From positions 1-64,000 of the forward strand of contig CAWJBB010000069.1 in assembly GCA_963840855.1 (NCBI GenBank): a DNA stretch of 64,000 bases, in the 5' to 3' direction. The position numbers and the translations under genes were made by a program. Positions 10,565 through 22,700 of the stretch are shown piece by piece. Position 1 is the stretch's first letter, and each line of letters starts with the position of its first letter. The notes under the pieces are model-generated. The model saw nothing but the letters and a program-made list of their open reading frames with translations. It ran no database searches and was not told where the DNA came from. Source of the DNA: an uncultured delta proteobacterium (GTDB lineage Bacteria > Desulfobacterota > Binatia > UBA9968).

Positions 10565-12055
10565 GTGGAAATCATCTCGGCTCTCCTCTCCGGCTTTTCC
10601 ATCGCTCTTGAGCCTGTCAATCTCGCTTACTGCTTTCTCGGTGTCCTGGCGGGAACACTGATTGGGGTGCTCCCGGGCATTGGCCCTGTCGCGGGTGTTG
10701 CAATGCTGATCCCGTTCTCGTTCGGGATGAACGCGACCACGGCTATGATCATGATGGCTGGAATTTATTACGGCGCGATGTACGGCGGCTCGACGACGTC
10801 AATCCTGGTTAACCTTCCGGGAGAATCCTCCTCAGTGGTGACCTGCCTCGATGGCCATGCCCTCGCTCGTCAGGGGCGCGCCGGGGCCGCTTTAGGAATG
10901 GCAGCGTTTGCCTCCTTCATCTCCGGCACCCTTGGCGTTATTGGGCTTATGCTAATCGCGAAGCCCGTGGCAGAGTTGGGGCTCCGTTTTGGTCCACCCG
11001 AGACGTTTGCCCTGACCTTCTTTGCTCTCACACTGGTCACCGGTTTGGTTGGCGCGTCGGCAGTGAAGGGGATCGCCGCGGCGGCATTCGGGATGCTCCT
11101 CGGCATGATCGGACTCGATCCTATGTCATCGGAGGAGCGCTTCACGTTCGGCGCGCTCCACCTAGCCGATGGCCTCTCGTTCATAAGTGTGTCGGTTGGT
11201 CTATTCGCGGTGGCCGAGGTCTTTGAAAGTGCGGAGCGCGATCAACACATCGTGCTCTATCAGGAACGTATTTCTAATCTCCTGCCGACCGCCAAGGACT
11301 GGCTTGCGTCGCGAGGCGCGCTCTGGCGCGGCACGGCCATTGGGTTCCTGGTGGGAGTGCTTCCTGGGGCAGGGGCAACGATTGCGTCGATGCTCGCTTA
11401 CTCGCTTGAACGGCGCGTGTCGCGCCATCCGGAGCGGTTCGGTCACGGTGCTATCGAAGGGGTTGCTGCGCCGGAAGGTGCCAACAACGCGGCGACAGCC
11501 GGCGCGCTGGTTCCGCTCCTAACCCTTGGCATTCCCGGATCGGGGACAACGGCTGTCATGCTCGGAGCGCTTATGATCCATGGTCTCCGCCCCGGACCGC
11601 TCCTCTTTGAGCAGCGCCCTGATTTTGTCTGGAGCGTAATCGCCAGCATGTACGTGGGAAACGTCCTCCTGCTGATCCTGAACCTTCCCCTCATTGGCTT
11701 GTGGGTGCGCCTGCTCCGTATTCCCTCGAGCCTGCTGATCCCACTCATTATGGCGTTCTCGGTGACGGGGGTATTCGCCGTCAACAACAACGTAACCGAG
11801 GTCTTGGTGATGCTTGTCTTTGGCGTGATCGGCTATGCGATGCGCAAGGGCGGTTTCCCGGCGGCGCCTGTGGTGCTCGCGCTCGTGCTGACGCCGCTGA
11901 TGGAAACGGCCCTGCAGCAATCGCTGCAGATGTCGCACGGTTCGTTCGCCATTTTCTTCACCCGGCCGATCGCGGCAACGCTAGTCATCATCGGTCTCAT
12001 GTCGCTCGGACTGCCGGCGCTGCGCGGCGCGGCCAAGTGGCTCCGTCCGACATGA
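10565..12055 (+). CDS. tctA: Tripartite tricarboxylate transporter permease
   Basis: GVLPGIG, YYGAMYGGS, GVAAPEGANNA and LGIPGS motifs. Confidence 0.93.
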   Translation: MEIISALLSGFSIALEPVNLAYCFLGVLAGTLIGVLPGIGPVAGVAMLIPFSFGMNATTAMIMMAGIYYGAMYGGSTTSILVNLPGESSSVVTCLDGHALARQGRAGAALGMAAFASFISGTLGVIGLMLIAKPVAELGLRFGPPETFALTFFALTLVTGLVGASAVKGIAAAAFGMLLGMIGLDPMSSEERFTFGALHLADGLSFISVSVGLFAVAEVFESAERDQHIVLYQERISNLLPTAKDWLASRGALWRGTAIGFLVGVLPGAGATIASMLAYSLERRVSRHPERFGHGAIEGVAAPEGANNAATAGALVPLLTLGIPGSGTTAVMLGALMIHGLRPGPLLFEQRPDFVWSVIASMYVGNVLLLILNLPLIGLWVRLLRIPSSLLIPLIMAFSVTGVFAVNNNVTEVLVMLVFGVIGYAMRKGGFPAAPVVLALVLTPLMETALQQSLQMSHGSFAIFFTRPIAATLVIIGLMSLGLPALRGAAKWLRPT

Positions 12056-12068
12056 AGATGCGGGCGCA

Positions 12069-12119
12069 CGCTTGCAATCCGAGATACGCACGGAGTACAA
12101 AAAGCCGACGTTCGAATGA
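12069..12119 (+). pseudogene. Orphan gene 3' end (RLQSEIRTEYKKPTFE*), second copy of the thyX-like tail
   Basis: Aligns codon by codon with 24813..24863; most differences are synonymous. Confidence 0.6.
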
Positions 12120-12165
12120 AGTCGCGGGGTCGTTTTTGCCAACTTAGCCAAACGAGACATCCAAA

Positions 12166-12353
12166 ATGCAATGTCCTCGGTACCAGCATGAAAATCCTTC
12201 TGGAGTGAAGTTCTGCGGCGAGTGTGGGGCGCGGCGGATAGGGAGCCGGCAACAAGCTGAAGAACAGCTCACTACTGCGGTAAAATGATGCGTGAGATGG
12301 AGATGGGACTGTGGCTGGAACAGGCGGAGGCAAAATTGGCCGCGGCACACTGA
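12166..12353 (+). pseudogene. Internally deleted cyclase-STAND-TPR gene (N-terminus joined to C-terminus)
   Basis: Reads MQCPRYQHENPSGVKFCGECGAR|RIGSRQQAEEQLTTAVK* then MMREMEMGLWLEQAEAKL. These match the two ends of the 13188..16542 gene. Confidence 0.85.
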
Positions 12354-12420
12354 TACGAGAGCGTGAAAGTGGAGACGGATCAGGTAATCGAATAATCTTT
12401 AGATTGCGGATGAGGCTATA

Positions 12421-12675
12421 TTAACCCCGTCTCTTGGCCAGACGCCGCTTTACCTCACTCAACGGAACACGTACTTTGCTTTCAGCCGCTTTGTCTATCA
12501 TTTTCCGAAAAGAGGGAGAATACCGAAGCATCAAGGCGGCAAATTCATCCTCGTCATAAGGCACAAGGAAGGCCTTCATCTGGCCATTTTTAGTGATGAC
12601 CACGGGTTCCTCCTGACACATTTCGACGTACTTGCTCAATTGATTTTTGGCCTCATATAGCGGTATTGTTTTCAT
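12421..12675 (-). CDS. Phd/YefM family antitoxin
   Basis: KTIPLYEAKNQLSKYV and EPVVITKNG motifs; overlaps the toxin stop. Confidence 0.85.
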   Translation of the reverse strand: MKTIPLYEAKNQLSKYVEMCQEEPVVITKNGQMKAFLVPYDEDEFAALMLRYSPSFRKMIDKAAESKVRVPLSEVKRRLAKRRG

Positions 12676-12961
12676 AGCCCTTCGCTTCCTCGTAAAACTC
12701 GGCTTCTTTGTCCTTAGACAAAATCCTTAGAATCGTAACCTCGTTAGATTGAACTTGATAGAAAATCCGGTAATCACCCACCCTTAAACGATAAAGGCTC
12801 TCGAACCCTCTCAGTTTCTTTACGCGGCTTCGGGTAACATCTTCAGCCCTTTGCAGCAGAACCGTATCGATTCGCTTTATGATCTGCCTTGCATAGAATT
12901 TCTTAATCTTGTCCAAATCCTTCTCTGCATCGTCTGTGAAAACCACCTCATATTTGGACAT
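12653..12961 (-). CDS. RelE/ParE family toxin
   Basis: YEVVFTDDAEKDL, KKLRG and YRLRVGDYRIFY motifs. Confidence 0.9.
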   Translation of the reverse strand: MSKYEVVFTDDAEKDLDKIKKFYARQIIKRIDTVLLQRAEDVTRSRVKKLRGFESLYRLRVGDYRIFYQVQSNEVTILRILSKDKEAEFYEEAKGYENNTAI

Positions 12962-13063
12962 AGTTCAAGCTAGCCCATTGTCTGGCTAAAATCAACGAAA
13001 CCAATCGGCTGAATGTGAGCGAGCGCGACAAAGTCACGCTTTGCCCGCAAGGCTAATATTTGG

Positions 13064-13093
13064 TTGACACGACAGCCTCTGGTTGGATACGCT
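13064..13093 (+). promoter_or_regulatory. Possible sigma70 promoter for the cyclase operon
   Basis: TTGACA-18nt-TACGCT, about 95 nt upstream of ATG 13188. Confidence 0.35.
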
Positions 13094-13187
13094 CCTCGCA
13101 AATCTCAATTCCAAAACGACCCGAAATTTATCCAAAGTTTGATGCAAGCGGTCATACAGTGATGTTTCTAACCCGGGGAACCTCCCC

Positions 13188-16100
13188 ATGAAGTGTCCTC
13201 GCTGCCAGCATGATAATCCGTTGGGGGTGAAGTTCTGCGGCGAGTGCGGGGCGCGGCTTGAGTCTGCGTGCGCTTCCTGCGGAGCGGCGAATCCACCCGG
13301 AAATAAGTTCTGTAACGCGTGCGGACAGTCTCTAGCTCAAGTAGCGGCAGCGCCAAAGTTCTCATCGCCTGAAACCTATACGCCGAAACATCTCGCGGAA
13401 AAGATTCTCACTTCGAAAAATTCTCTCGAAGGCGAGCGCAAACAGGTCACGGTGCTGTTCGCTGACATGAAGGGGTCGATGGAACTGCTCGCCGACCGCG
13501 ATCCGGAGGAGGCGCGCAAACTGCTTGATCCTGTGATCGAGTACATAATGGAAGCGGTGCACCGATACGAGGGCACGGTTAACAATATCCTGGGCGACGG
13601 GATCATGGCGCTGTTCGGTGCTCCGTTGGCGCACGAGGATCATGCAGTCCGAGCCTGCTATGCAGCGCTCCGAATGCAGGAGTCGGTGAATCGATATGCT
13701 GACGGAGTGCGGCGGACAGAGGGTGTTCCGATTCAAATCAGAGTGGGTTTGAATTCCGGAGAAGTGGTGGTCGGTGCCATCGGCAACGACTTGAAGATGG
13801 ATTACACGGCGATTGGCCAGACCGTGCATTTAGCTTCGCGCATGGAACAGATGGCGACGCCGGGATCGGTTCTGATGACGCCGGATGCGCTTCGTTTAGC
13901 TGAGGGCTACGTGCAAGTGAAGCCGCTCGGCCCGGTCAGCGTCAAGGGATTGACTGAGCCGGTGGAAGTTTATGAAGTTACGGGCGTTGGAGCCGCGCGC
14001 TCCCGCCTGCAAGCCGCGGTTGCGCGCGGTCTCACGCGCTTCGTTGGGCGCGATAAAGAAATCGAGCAGCTACGGACGGCTCTGGACAGAGCAAGCAGCG
14101 CTCATGGTCAGGTTGTTGCGGTAGTTGGAGAGCCTGGGTTGGGAAAGTCGCGGCTGTTCCACGAGTTCACGCATTCGCATCGCACACAGGATTGGTTGAT
14201 CTTGGAATCCGGCTCGGTCTCGTACGGTAAGGCGACGCCGTATCTTCCCCTGATCGATCTTCTTAAATCTTATTTCAAAATCCATGACCGGGATAACCAG
14301 CGCGAGATTCGCGAGAAGGTCACTGGAAAGCTCCTTACCCTGGATGAATCGCTGCAACCGACGCTGCCGGTTTTTCTCGCCCTGCTGGATATTCCGGTCG
14401 AGGACCAACAATGGCAGGCCCTCGATCCGCCGCAAAAGCGCCGGCGCACGCTGGACGCTTGTAAACGTCTCTTGTTTCGCGAGAGCCAAGCGCAGCCATT
14501 ACTGCTGGTGTTCGAAGACCTCCACTGGATCGATGCAGAAACCCAGACTCTGCTCGACAATCTGGTCGAAAGTCTACCGACGGCGCGGCTGCTCCTGTTG
14601 GTCAACTATCGTCCGGAATACCAACATGGCTGGGGGAACAAAACCTTCTACTCGCAACTGCGGCTCGATCCTCTGCCGGCGGAAAGCGCCGAAGAATTGC
14701 TGCAGAGCTTATTGGGCAACGATCCGAGTCTTCAGCCCCTTAAACAACTGTTGATTACGCGCACCGAGGGCAATCCTTTTTACTTGGAAGAGAGCGTCCG
14801 CACGCTGGTCGAAACCAAAGTGCTCGAAGGCGAACCAGGCTTGTTTCGCGTGGCGAAATCCGTTGAGAGTATTCAGGTGCCCGCGACCGTACAGGCAGTG
14901 CTGGCGGCGCGCATCGAATCGGCTGCCGGCTGAGAACAAGCGGCTGCTTCAGTCCGCCGCTGTCATTGGCAAAGACGTGCCATTCGTTTTGCTTCAAGCC
15001 ATAGCGGATTTATCCGAGGATGATTTGCGCCGCGGCCTCGCGCAGCTCCAGACCGGCGAGTTTCTCTATGAAACGAGTCTTTTTCCCGAGCTTGAATACA
15101 CCTTCAAGCACGCGCTCACTCACGAAGTGGCGTACGGAAGCCTGCTCCACGAGCGCCAGCGCGCTTTTCACGCGCGGATCGTGGAAGCCATCGAGACGCT
15201 ATATCCTGATCGGCTGATCGAGCAGGCTGAGCTGCTCGCCCATCACGCGTTTCGCGGCGAGCTTTGGGAAAAAGCTGTGACCTACCTGCGTCAGGCCGGT
15301 GTCAAAGCGACGGGCCGCTCGGCAGATCGAGAAGCAGTCGGCTTCTTCGACCAGGCGCTCAGCGTGTTGAAGCACCTGCCGCAGAATCGCGGGGCGCTCG
15401 AACTGGCTGTGGATCTGCGGCTGGAGATGCGACCTTGGCTGCGGATGCTGGGAGAGCAGGAACGCGTCATTGAACAGTTCAGTGAAGCCGAATCCCTCGC
15501 CGAAGAACTGGGAGACAAGCGGCGACTAGCGCATGTCTTCGCGGACAGCTGCGCTTATTTCTCGCAAGAGGGAGATCATCAGCGCGCCATCAATGCCGGC
15601 GAACGCGCCCTGGTCCTGGCGATCGAAATAGGAGATTCCGCCATCCAGATTGGTGCACAAGTCCGCCTAACCAGGGTTTATGTGAGGTTGGGCGATTATC
15701 GTCGGGCCATTGACCTATGTGAGCAGAACCTGTCGTCTCTAAAAGGAAGACCCGTTGGGGAGCGGAACCCGTTCGGCATGCAAGCCATTCTCTCCGTGGC
15801 TACCCGTTCCCAGCGTGCCGTCTGTCATGGAGAGGTGGGCGAACTGGCCCAAGGGATCGGTTGGGCCCAAGAAGCCGTCCGCATCGCTGAGACGCTGGGC
15901 CATTCTCACAGCTTGGTGACTGCATATTCATCCCTTAGCTATGTCTATTTGGTCAAAGGCGATCTTGAGAAGGCCCTGACGCTGCTCGACCGTAGCCTGC
16001 AGATCTGTCGGACGGCTCATTTGGACATATGGCTTTCTTGGCCCCAAGCACAATTGGGCTACGCCTATGTACATTTAAGCCGCAGCGCCGAGGCTGGCTT

Positions 16101-16542
16101 TGGAGGAGGCGAAAGCGGCCAACCTTGGGCTGTGGGCATTGCATTTCAACTTTGGTGGTTAGGCGAAGCGTATCTTCACGCTGGCCGCCGTGATGACGCT
16201 ATTGCAGTTGTGCAGCGCGCCCTTGATCGCGCGCGGAAGTCCATGGAAAGAGGTCAAGAGGCGTGGGCGCTGCGGCTTCTGGGAGAGATTAGCTCGCAAG
16301 TCGCTGTCCCGGAGGTTGACAAGGCCGAGGAGCATTATCGTCGAGCTATGACCCTCGCTGAAGCGCTCGGCATGCGTCCGCTCATGGCGCATTGCCACGT
16401 TGGTCTGGGCAAACTGTACCGGCGGATAGGGAGCCGACAACAGGCTGAAGAACATCTCACTACTGCGGCAGCAATGATGCGGGATATGGAAATGGGATTG
16501 TGGCTGGAAAAGGCGGAGGGTGAGTTGAAGGAGTTGGGTTAA
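13188..16542 (+). CDS. Double zinc ribbon + class III nucleotide cyclase + STAND/AAA ATPase + TPR protein (copy A), frameshift near 14917
   Basis: Four CxxC; TVLFADMKGS, GDG, RVGLNSG, GEPGLGKS, FEDLHWID, GNPFY and FKHALTHEVAY motifs. Confidence 0.9.
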
Positions 16543-16554
16543 AAAGGAACAGCA

Positions 16555-17896
16555 ATGCGTATTCGGTTCTGGGGGACGCGAGGCTCGCTGGCAAAGCCTG
16601 GGCCTAGCACGATTCGCTACGGGGGCAACACCTCCTGTGTGGAGGTGCGCGCCGCGGACGGGACGCTGATTATCCTGGACTGCGGCACCGGTGCTCATGA
16701 TCTGGGCCGAAGCCTCGTGGCGTCGGGCGAGCGCCCCATACGCGGTCATCTCCTGCTTACTCACACGCACTGGGACCATATCCAGGGTTTTCCCTTTTTC
16801 GCGCCGCTCTTCATCCAGGGGAACGAGTGGGACGTCTACGCGGCGCAGGGTTTGGGGCAGCGCCTGGAGGAGACCCTTGCCGGGCAGATGGAGTACGAGT
16901 ATTTCCCGGTGACACTTGGCCAGCTCGACGCCACGATTCGCTACCACGAGCTCAACGAAGGCGTCTTTGACCTTGGCGCCGTTCAGGTCACCGCCCGTTA
17001 CCTGAACCACCCCGGGCTTGCACTGGGTTACCGCTTGGAAGCCGGCGGCGTGGCGGTGGTCTACGCTACCGATCACGAGCCGCACTCGCGCCATCAGCCC
17101 GAGGTGGCCGACCCGGCTCAGCTCCTCCCGGTTCACCGGGAGGACCAGCGGCACGTGGAGTTCCTTGCCGGCGCTGACCTCGTGATCCACGACGCGCAGT
17201 ACACGCTGGAGGAGTACCCCAGCAAGATGACATGGGGCCATAGCCCGGCCGAGCTGGCCGTGGACTTTGCCCTCGCAGCGGGCGTGAAGCGGCTGGCGCT
17301 CTTTCACCATGATCCGCTCCGCGATGACGCGGCGCTAGACCGGCTGGTGGAGAGCTGTCGCCAGCGCGCTGTTGCCGGCGGGCTCGAAGTCTTTGCTGCC
17401 GCAGAGGGCCAGACGATCGAGCTGGCGGAGCGGGAGGCCGTCACGCCCCGCGCTGCGAGGCAACCGGAAGCTGCCATTGCCAAAGGGGTTGGAGCCGCGT
17501 CAGCGACCATCTTACTCGTTGACGACGACCCGGACATCGTGCGTCTTTTGACCATGACACTCCGGCCAGAGGGCTACCGGCTATTGTCGGCGAGCGACGG
17601 GAACGCGGCGCTGGAGATCGCCCGGGCCGAGCGCCCGGATCTTCTCCTGCTGGACTGGAACATGCCCGGCCGCAACGGGCTGGAGGTGTGCCGCGCCCTG
17701 CGCGCCGAGCTCAGATCCGGACCTCCGCAACGTGCCCGTGGTGCTCCTGACCGCGCAGGTGGGGGCGGAGGACACTGCGGCGGGATTCGCGGCCGGGGTC
17801 ACCGACTACGTGACCAAGCCATTCAAACCAGCGCACATCCGCTCGCGCGTTCACGCGTGGCTCAGGCGAAAGCGTGCTGGCGCAGAGGGCACGTGA
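16555..17896 (+). CDS. MBL-fold metallo-hydrolase fused to a C-terminal receiver domain, frameshift near 17712
   Basis: FWGTRGS, GGNTSC, THTHWDH, WGHS and FHHDP motifs; then ILLVDDD, LLDWNMPG and, in the shifted frame, PVVLLT...DYVTKPF...*. Confidence 0.88.
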
Positions 17897-17899
17897 GCC

Positions 17900-19747
17900 A
17901 TGGCGTGGCTTTCTCTTGCAAGTCTGCGGACCCGGCTGTTGCTGCTCGTTCTTCTCGCAGTCATCCCGGCGCTGGGGCTCACGCTCTACACAAACCTGGA
18001 AGAGCGCCAACTCAGAAAGGCGCTCGTATATGAGCACGCGATGCGGCTGTCCCGCCTCGTTTCTGCGGATTACGAGCGGGTGATCGAGGACGCGCGCCGG
18101 CTTCTCGTGACCCTGTCGCGACTCCCCGCGGTTCGCGATCTTAACCGCGCCGCCTGCGAAGCGCTCTTCGCCGATCTGCTCGCGCAACATTCGTCGTATG
18201 CCAACCTGGGAGTCATCGACGCCGATGGCAACATCTTTTGTAGCGCCGTCCCGACCGGCGAAGTCTACCTTGGCGACCGCGTCTATTTTCGGCGCGCCTT
18301 CGAGACCCGTGACTTCGCCATCGGCGAGTATCAGGTCGGGCGCATCACCCGCAAGGCCAGCGTCAATTTCGGCTATCCTGTCCTCGACGACGCAGGTCAT
18401 GTCCATGCGGTGGTTTTCGCCGCGCTCGACTTGGCCTGGCTCAACAAACTGGCTGGGCAAGCGGAACTGCCGCCGGGAACAATGCTCACCGTAATCGACC
18501 GCAACGGCACGATCCTGTCGCGCTACCCGGACGACGGGAAATGGGTTGGCGAGCTCATGCCGGAGCCACTCGTCTTGAACGCCATTCGGACTCAACAGGG
18601 CAACGGCACGACCGATGCTCCGGGCACGGACGGCATTCCGCGCCTCTTTTCGTTCGCGCCGTTCGGCGGCGCTGCGCAAAGCGCGGACGCGTACGTGAGC
18701 GTTGGCATTCCGGCGGCTGTCGCCTTTGCTGGCGTCAACCGGATTCTCGCCCGCAATATTGCGATGCTGGGGCTTGTCGCTGGCCTCGCACTCGCCGCGG
18801 CCTGGGTGGGTGGAAACCTGTTCATCGTGCGCCAGATCCAGACCCTCGTCGAAGCGACGAAGCGAGTCGCCGCCGGGGAGCTGGGCGTGCGCACCGGGCT
18901 TCCCCAGGGGCAAGGGGAGCTGAGCCAGCTCGCCAGCGCCTTCGATCAAATGGCCGAGTCACTGGAACGAGCACACGAACGGAGGCTCCTGGAGGAGGAG
19001 CTCCGCCGGAAAAACTACCAGCTCGAGCAGCAGAACCTGGCCATTCAGGAGGCGAACCGGTTAAAGACCGAGTTCGTATCGATGGTCTCGCACGAGCTGC
19101 GGACTCCCCTCACCTCGATCCAGGGGTACGCCGAGCTGCTGCTCGAAGACAAGCAAATCGCCGGCGAGGAGCGCGAGAGCCTGACAATTGTGAAGAAGAA
19201 TGCGGACCGGTTGCTGGGGCTGATCAACGATATTCTTGATCTCTCGCGCATGGAGGCGGGCAGGCTCGATCTCCACCGCACGAGCCTGGACCTCGCCCGT
19301 CTGATCCCGGAGGTCGCCGGCTCGCTGCGCCCGCTGATCGAAGCCAAGCGGCAGCGGCTCAGGCTCGACCTTGGCGAGGCGCTGCCGGCTGTGTGGGCCG
19401 ATGCAAATCGCGTGACGCAGATCCTCACGAATCTCGTCTCCAACGCCCACAAGTACACGCCGATGGAGGGCAGCATCACGGTGGCAGCCCGGCGAGACGA
19501 TGGGTTCGTGCGCGTGGACGTCAGCGACACCGGCATTGGCCTCTCGCCCGAGGATCAGGCGCAACTCTTTACCAAATTCTTCAGGGCCCCCGATCGCTCG
19601 GCCCAAGCCGCCCGCGGGACAGGGCTGGGGCTCGTGATCACCCGCTCGCTCGTTGAGCTGCACGGCGGGCGGATCACGGTGTCCAGCGCTCCAGGCCAGG
19701 GCTCTACTTTCACCTTCTCCCTGCCCGCGCTGGAGGTCTCGGCATGA
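17900..19747 (+). CDS. Membrane sensor histidine kinase (Cache-like, HAMP, HisKA, HATPase)
   Basis: Two TM helices; VSHELRTPL, NLVSNA, DTGIG and GTGLGL motifs. Confidence 0.92.
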   Translation: MAWLSLASLRTRLLLLVLLAVIPALGLTLYTNLEERQLRKALVYEHAMRLSRLVSADYERVIEDARRLLVTLSRLPAVRDLNRAACEALFADLLAQHSSYANLGVIDADGNIFCSAVPTGEVYLGDRVYFRRAFETRDFAIGEYQVGRITRKASVNFGYPVLDDAGHVHAVVFAALDLAWLNKLAGQAELPPGTMLTVIDRNGTILSRYPDDGKWVGELMPEPLVLNAIRTQQGNGTTDAPGTDGIPRLFSFAPFGGAAQSADAYVSVGIPAAVAFAGVNRILARNIAMLGLVAGLALAAAWVGGNLFIVRQIQTLVEATKRVAAGELGVRTGLPQGQGELSQLASAFDQMAESLERAHERRLLEEELRRKNYQLEQQNLAIQEANRLKTEFVSMVSHELRTPLTSIQGYAELLLEDKQIAGEERESLTIVKKNADRLLGLINDILDLSRMEAGRLDLHRTSLDLARLIPEVAGSLRPLIEAKRQRLRLDLGEALPAVWADANRVTQILTNLVSNAHKYTPMEGSITVAARRDDGFVRVDVSDTGIGLSPEDQAQLFTKFFRAPDRSAQAARGTGLGLVITRSLVELHGGRITVSSAPGQGSTFTFSLPALEVSA

Positions 19748-22700
19748 AGTGTCCTCAATGCGAGTTTGAGAACCGACCGCAGGCGAAGTTCTGCGAAGAA
19801 TGCGCGGCACCGCTGGCGCGCAGCTGCGCGAACTGTGGCACGCAGCTTTCCGCAACCGCAAAGTTCTGCCCCGAGTGCGCACATCCAGTTAGTTCTCCGT
19901 CCGCTGTTCAGTCCCGCTTCCATTCTCCCCAAGCCTACACACCTAAACATCTCGCCGAGAAAATTCTGACTTCCAAGAGCGCGCTCGAAGGCGAGCGCAA
20001 GCAAGTCACGGTGCTGTTTGCTGACATGAAAGGTTCGATGGAGTTGCTCGCGGACCGCGATCCCGAGGAGGCGCGCAAACTGCTTGATCCTGTGATCGAG
20101 CACATGATGGAAGCTGTGCACCGATACGAAGGGACCGTGAGCAATTTAATGGGCGATGGCATCATGGCGCTGTTTGGCGCTCCGCTCGCGCATGAAGACC
20201 ATGCGGTGCGCGCTTGCTACGCCGCGCTCCGGATGCAGGAGTCGGTGAATCGATATGCTGACGGAGTGCGGCGGACAGAAGGTGTGCCGATTCAAATCAG
20301 AGTGGGTTTGAATTCCGGAGAAGTAGTGGTCGGTTCGATCGGCAACGACTTGAAGATGGATTACACCGCGATCGGCCAGACCGTGCATTTGGCTTCTCGC
20401 ATGGAGCAGATGGCGACGCCGGGATCGATCATGATGACGGCAGACGCGTTACAATTAGCCGAAGGTTATGTGCAGGTGAAGTCGCTTGGTCCGGTAGCGT
20501 GAAGGGCATGAGCTGAACCGGTGGAAGTTTATGAGGTTACCGGAGTTGGAGCCGCGCGGTCTCGGCTGCAAGCAGCGGCTCGCTCGAGGACTCACTCGAT
20601 TTGTCGGACGCGATGCTGAAACCGAGCAGCTTCGAAAAGCACTTGAACAAGCACGAGCAGGCCATGGTCAGGTCGTTGCCGTAGTGGGTGAGCCTGGAGT
20701 TGGGAAATCGCGCCTTTTCTACGAGTTCACGCATTCGCATCGTACCGAGGGATGCTTGATCGTAGAATCCGGTTCGGTGTCGTACGGCAAGGCTACTCCT
20801 TATCTACCCGTGATTGACCTTCTCAAAGCATATTTCAAAATTCAGGACCGAGACAATCAGCGCGACATACGCGAGAAAGTCACTGGCAAGCTGCTGACTC
20901 TGGACAAGAGTCTGGAGTCCGCGCTGCCGGCGTTGCTGTCGCTCTTAGATGTCGCGGCGGAAGATCAGCAATGGCAAAACTTAGATCCGCTCCAGCGCCG
21001 CCAGCGCACCTTGGAAGCGATCAAGCGCTTGCTGTTGCGCGAGAGTCAAGTTCAACCTTTGCTCTTGGTCTTCGAGGACCTGCACTGGATCGATTCGGAG
21101 ACCCAATCGTTCTTGGATAGCTTGATCGATAGCCTGCCCACTGCGCCGCTTCTTCTTCTCGTCAATTACCGGCCGGAATACCGGCATGGTTGGGGCAGTA
21201 AGACGTACTATAGCCAGCTGCGGATCGATCCACTGCCGCCCGAGAGTGCCGAGGAATTGCTCCAGGCGGTGTTGGGAGACGACGCGAGCTTGCAGCCATT
21301 GAAGCAGGTTTTGATCGAGCGTACCGAAGGTAATCCATTTTTCCTAGAGGAAAGTATCCGTACGCTTATCGAAACAAAAGTTTTGCTCGGCGAGCGCGGC
21401 AAGTATCATCTGACGGGCTCATTCGAAATCACGCGCGTCCCTGCCACCGTACACGCGGTGTTAGCCGCGCGCATCGACCGGCTTTCAGCCAACGAAAAAC
21501 GTCTGCTTCAATCGGCAGCGGTCATCGGCAAGGATGTGCCGTTTGTCCTGCTCCAAGCTATCGCCGACTTATCGGAAGAAGAACTGAGACGAGAACTGGG
21601 TCAGCTTCAGGCAGCTGAGTTTGTTTACGAGACGCGCTTGTTTCCCGATCTCGAATTCACGTTCAAGCACGCGCTTACGCACGAGGTTGCTTACGGCAAC
21701 GTCTTACAAGAACGGCGGCGGACGATCCATGCCAAAATCGTCGAAGCAATCGAACGACTCTATCCTGACCGGCTTGCCGAGCAGGTAGAGCTGCTCGCGC
21801 ACCACGCGCTTCGTGGCGAGCTATGGGAGAAGGCTGTGTCCTATTTACAGAAAGCCGGCGCCAAGGCGGCGGATCGATCAGCGCACCGCGAAGCGTTGAG
21901 CTACTTCGAACACGCGCTCGAAGCGCTCAAGCATCTGCCTGAAAGCCGCCAACTGATCGAGCGAGCCATAGATATTCGTATTGATATGCGTAGCTCGCTC
22001 CAGCCGCTTGGGGAGCAAGTGAAAGTACTCGAGCGAATGCGCGAGGCGGAAGGGCTCGCTGCGTCAATCGATGACAAGCGGCGCCTTGGGCAAATCTCTG
22101 CTTATCTCAGCGGTTATTTTGTGCAGGCGGGAGAGGATCCCACTCAGGCTATTGAGAAGGCAGAGCTGGCTTTCATGATCGCCTCAGCAATTGGCGATTT
22201 CAACCTCCAGGTTCAGGCGAACCACTTCCTTGGCACGTCCCATCGCATGATTGGCGATTATGACCGGGCGATTTACCATTTCAAGAAAAATGTCGATTCG
22301 CTAGTAGGCGATCAGATCTACGATCGCTTCGGCTTGGCTTTCCTTGCTTCTGTAGGGTCGCGCTTTCAATTGGTAGAGATCCTGTCCGACCACGGCGAGT
22401 TTAACGAAGCAGCCATTCACGGAGACGAAGCGGTTCGTATTGCCGAGGTGGCCAATCACCCCTTTAGTCTAAACACGGCGTACCTGGCTGTCGGAAACCT
22501 GCATTTTAGAAAGGGGGCCATGGGCAAGGCGATTGCGCTGCTAGAGCGCAGCATGGAAATTTGTCGCGTATGGGACCTCCGTCAGAATCTTCCCCGAGTC
22601 GCGGTTGCTCTCGGTAATGCATTTGCTGCGACTGGGCGTGTCGGCGAGGCTATGCCACTTTTGGAATTGACCAACGAGCGAGCTAGAAATTCTTGGCCTC

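Noticed and set aside
14925-14935. TGA ending ORF 13188..14933 as a second Sec codon
   Set aside because: It results from a one-base insertion near 14917; homology continues in another frame.
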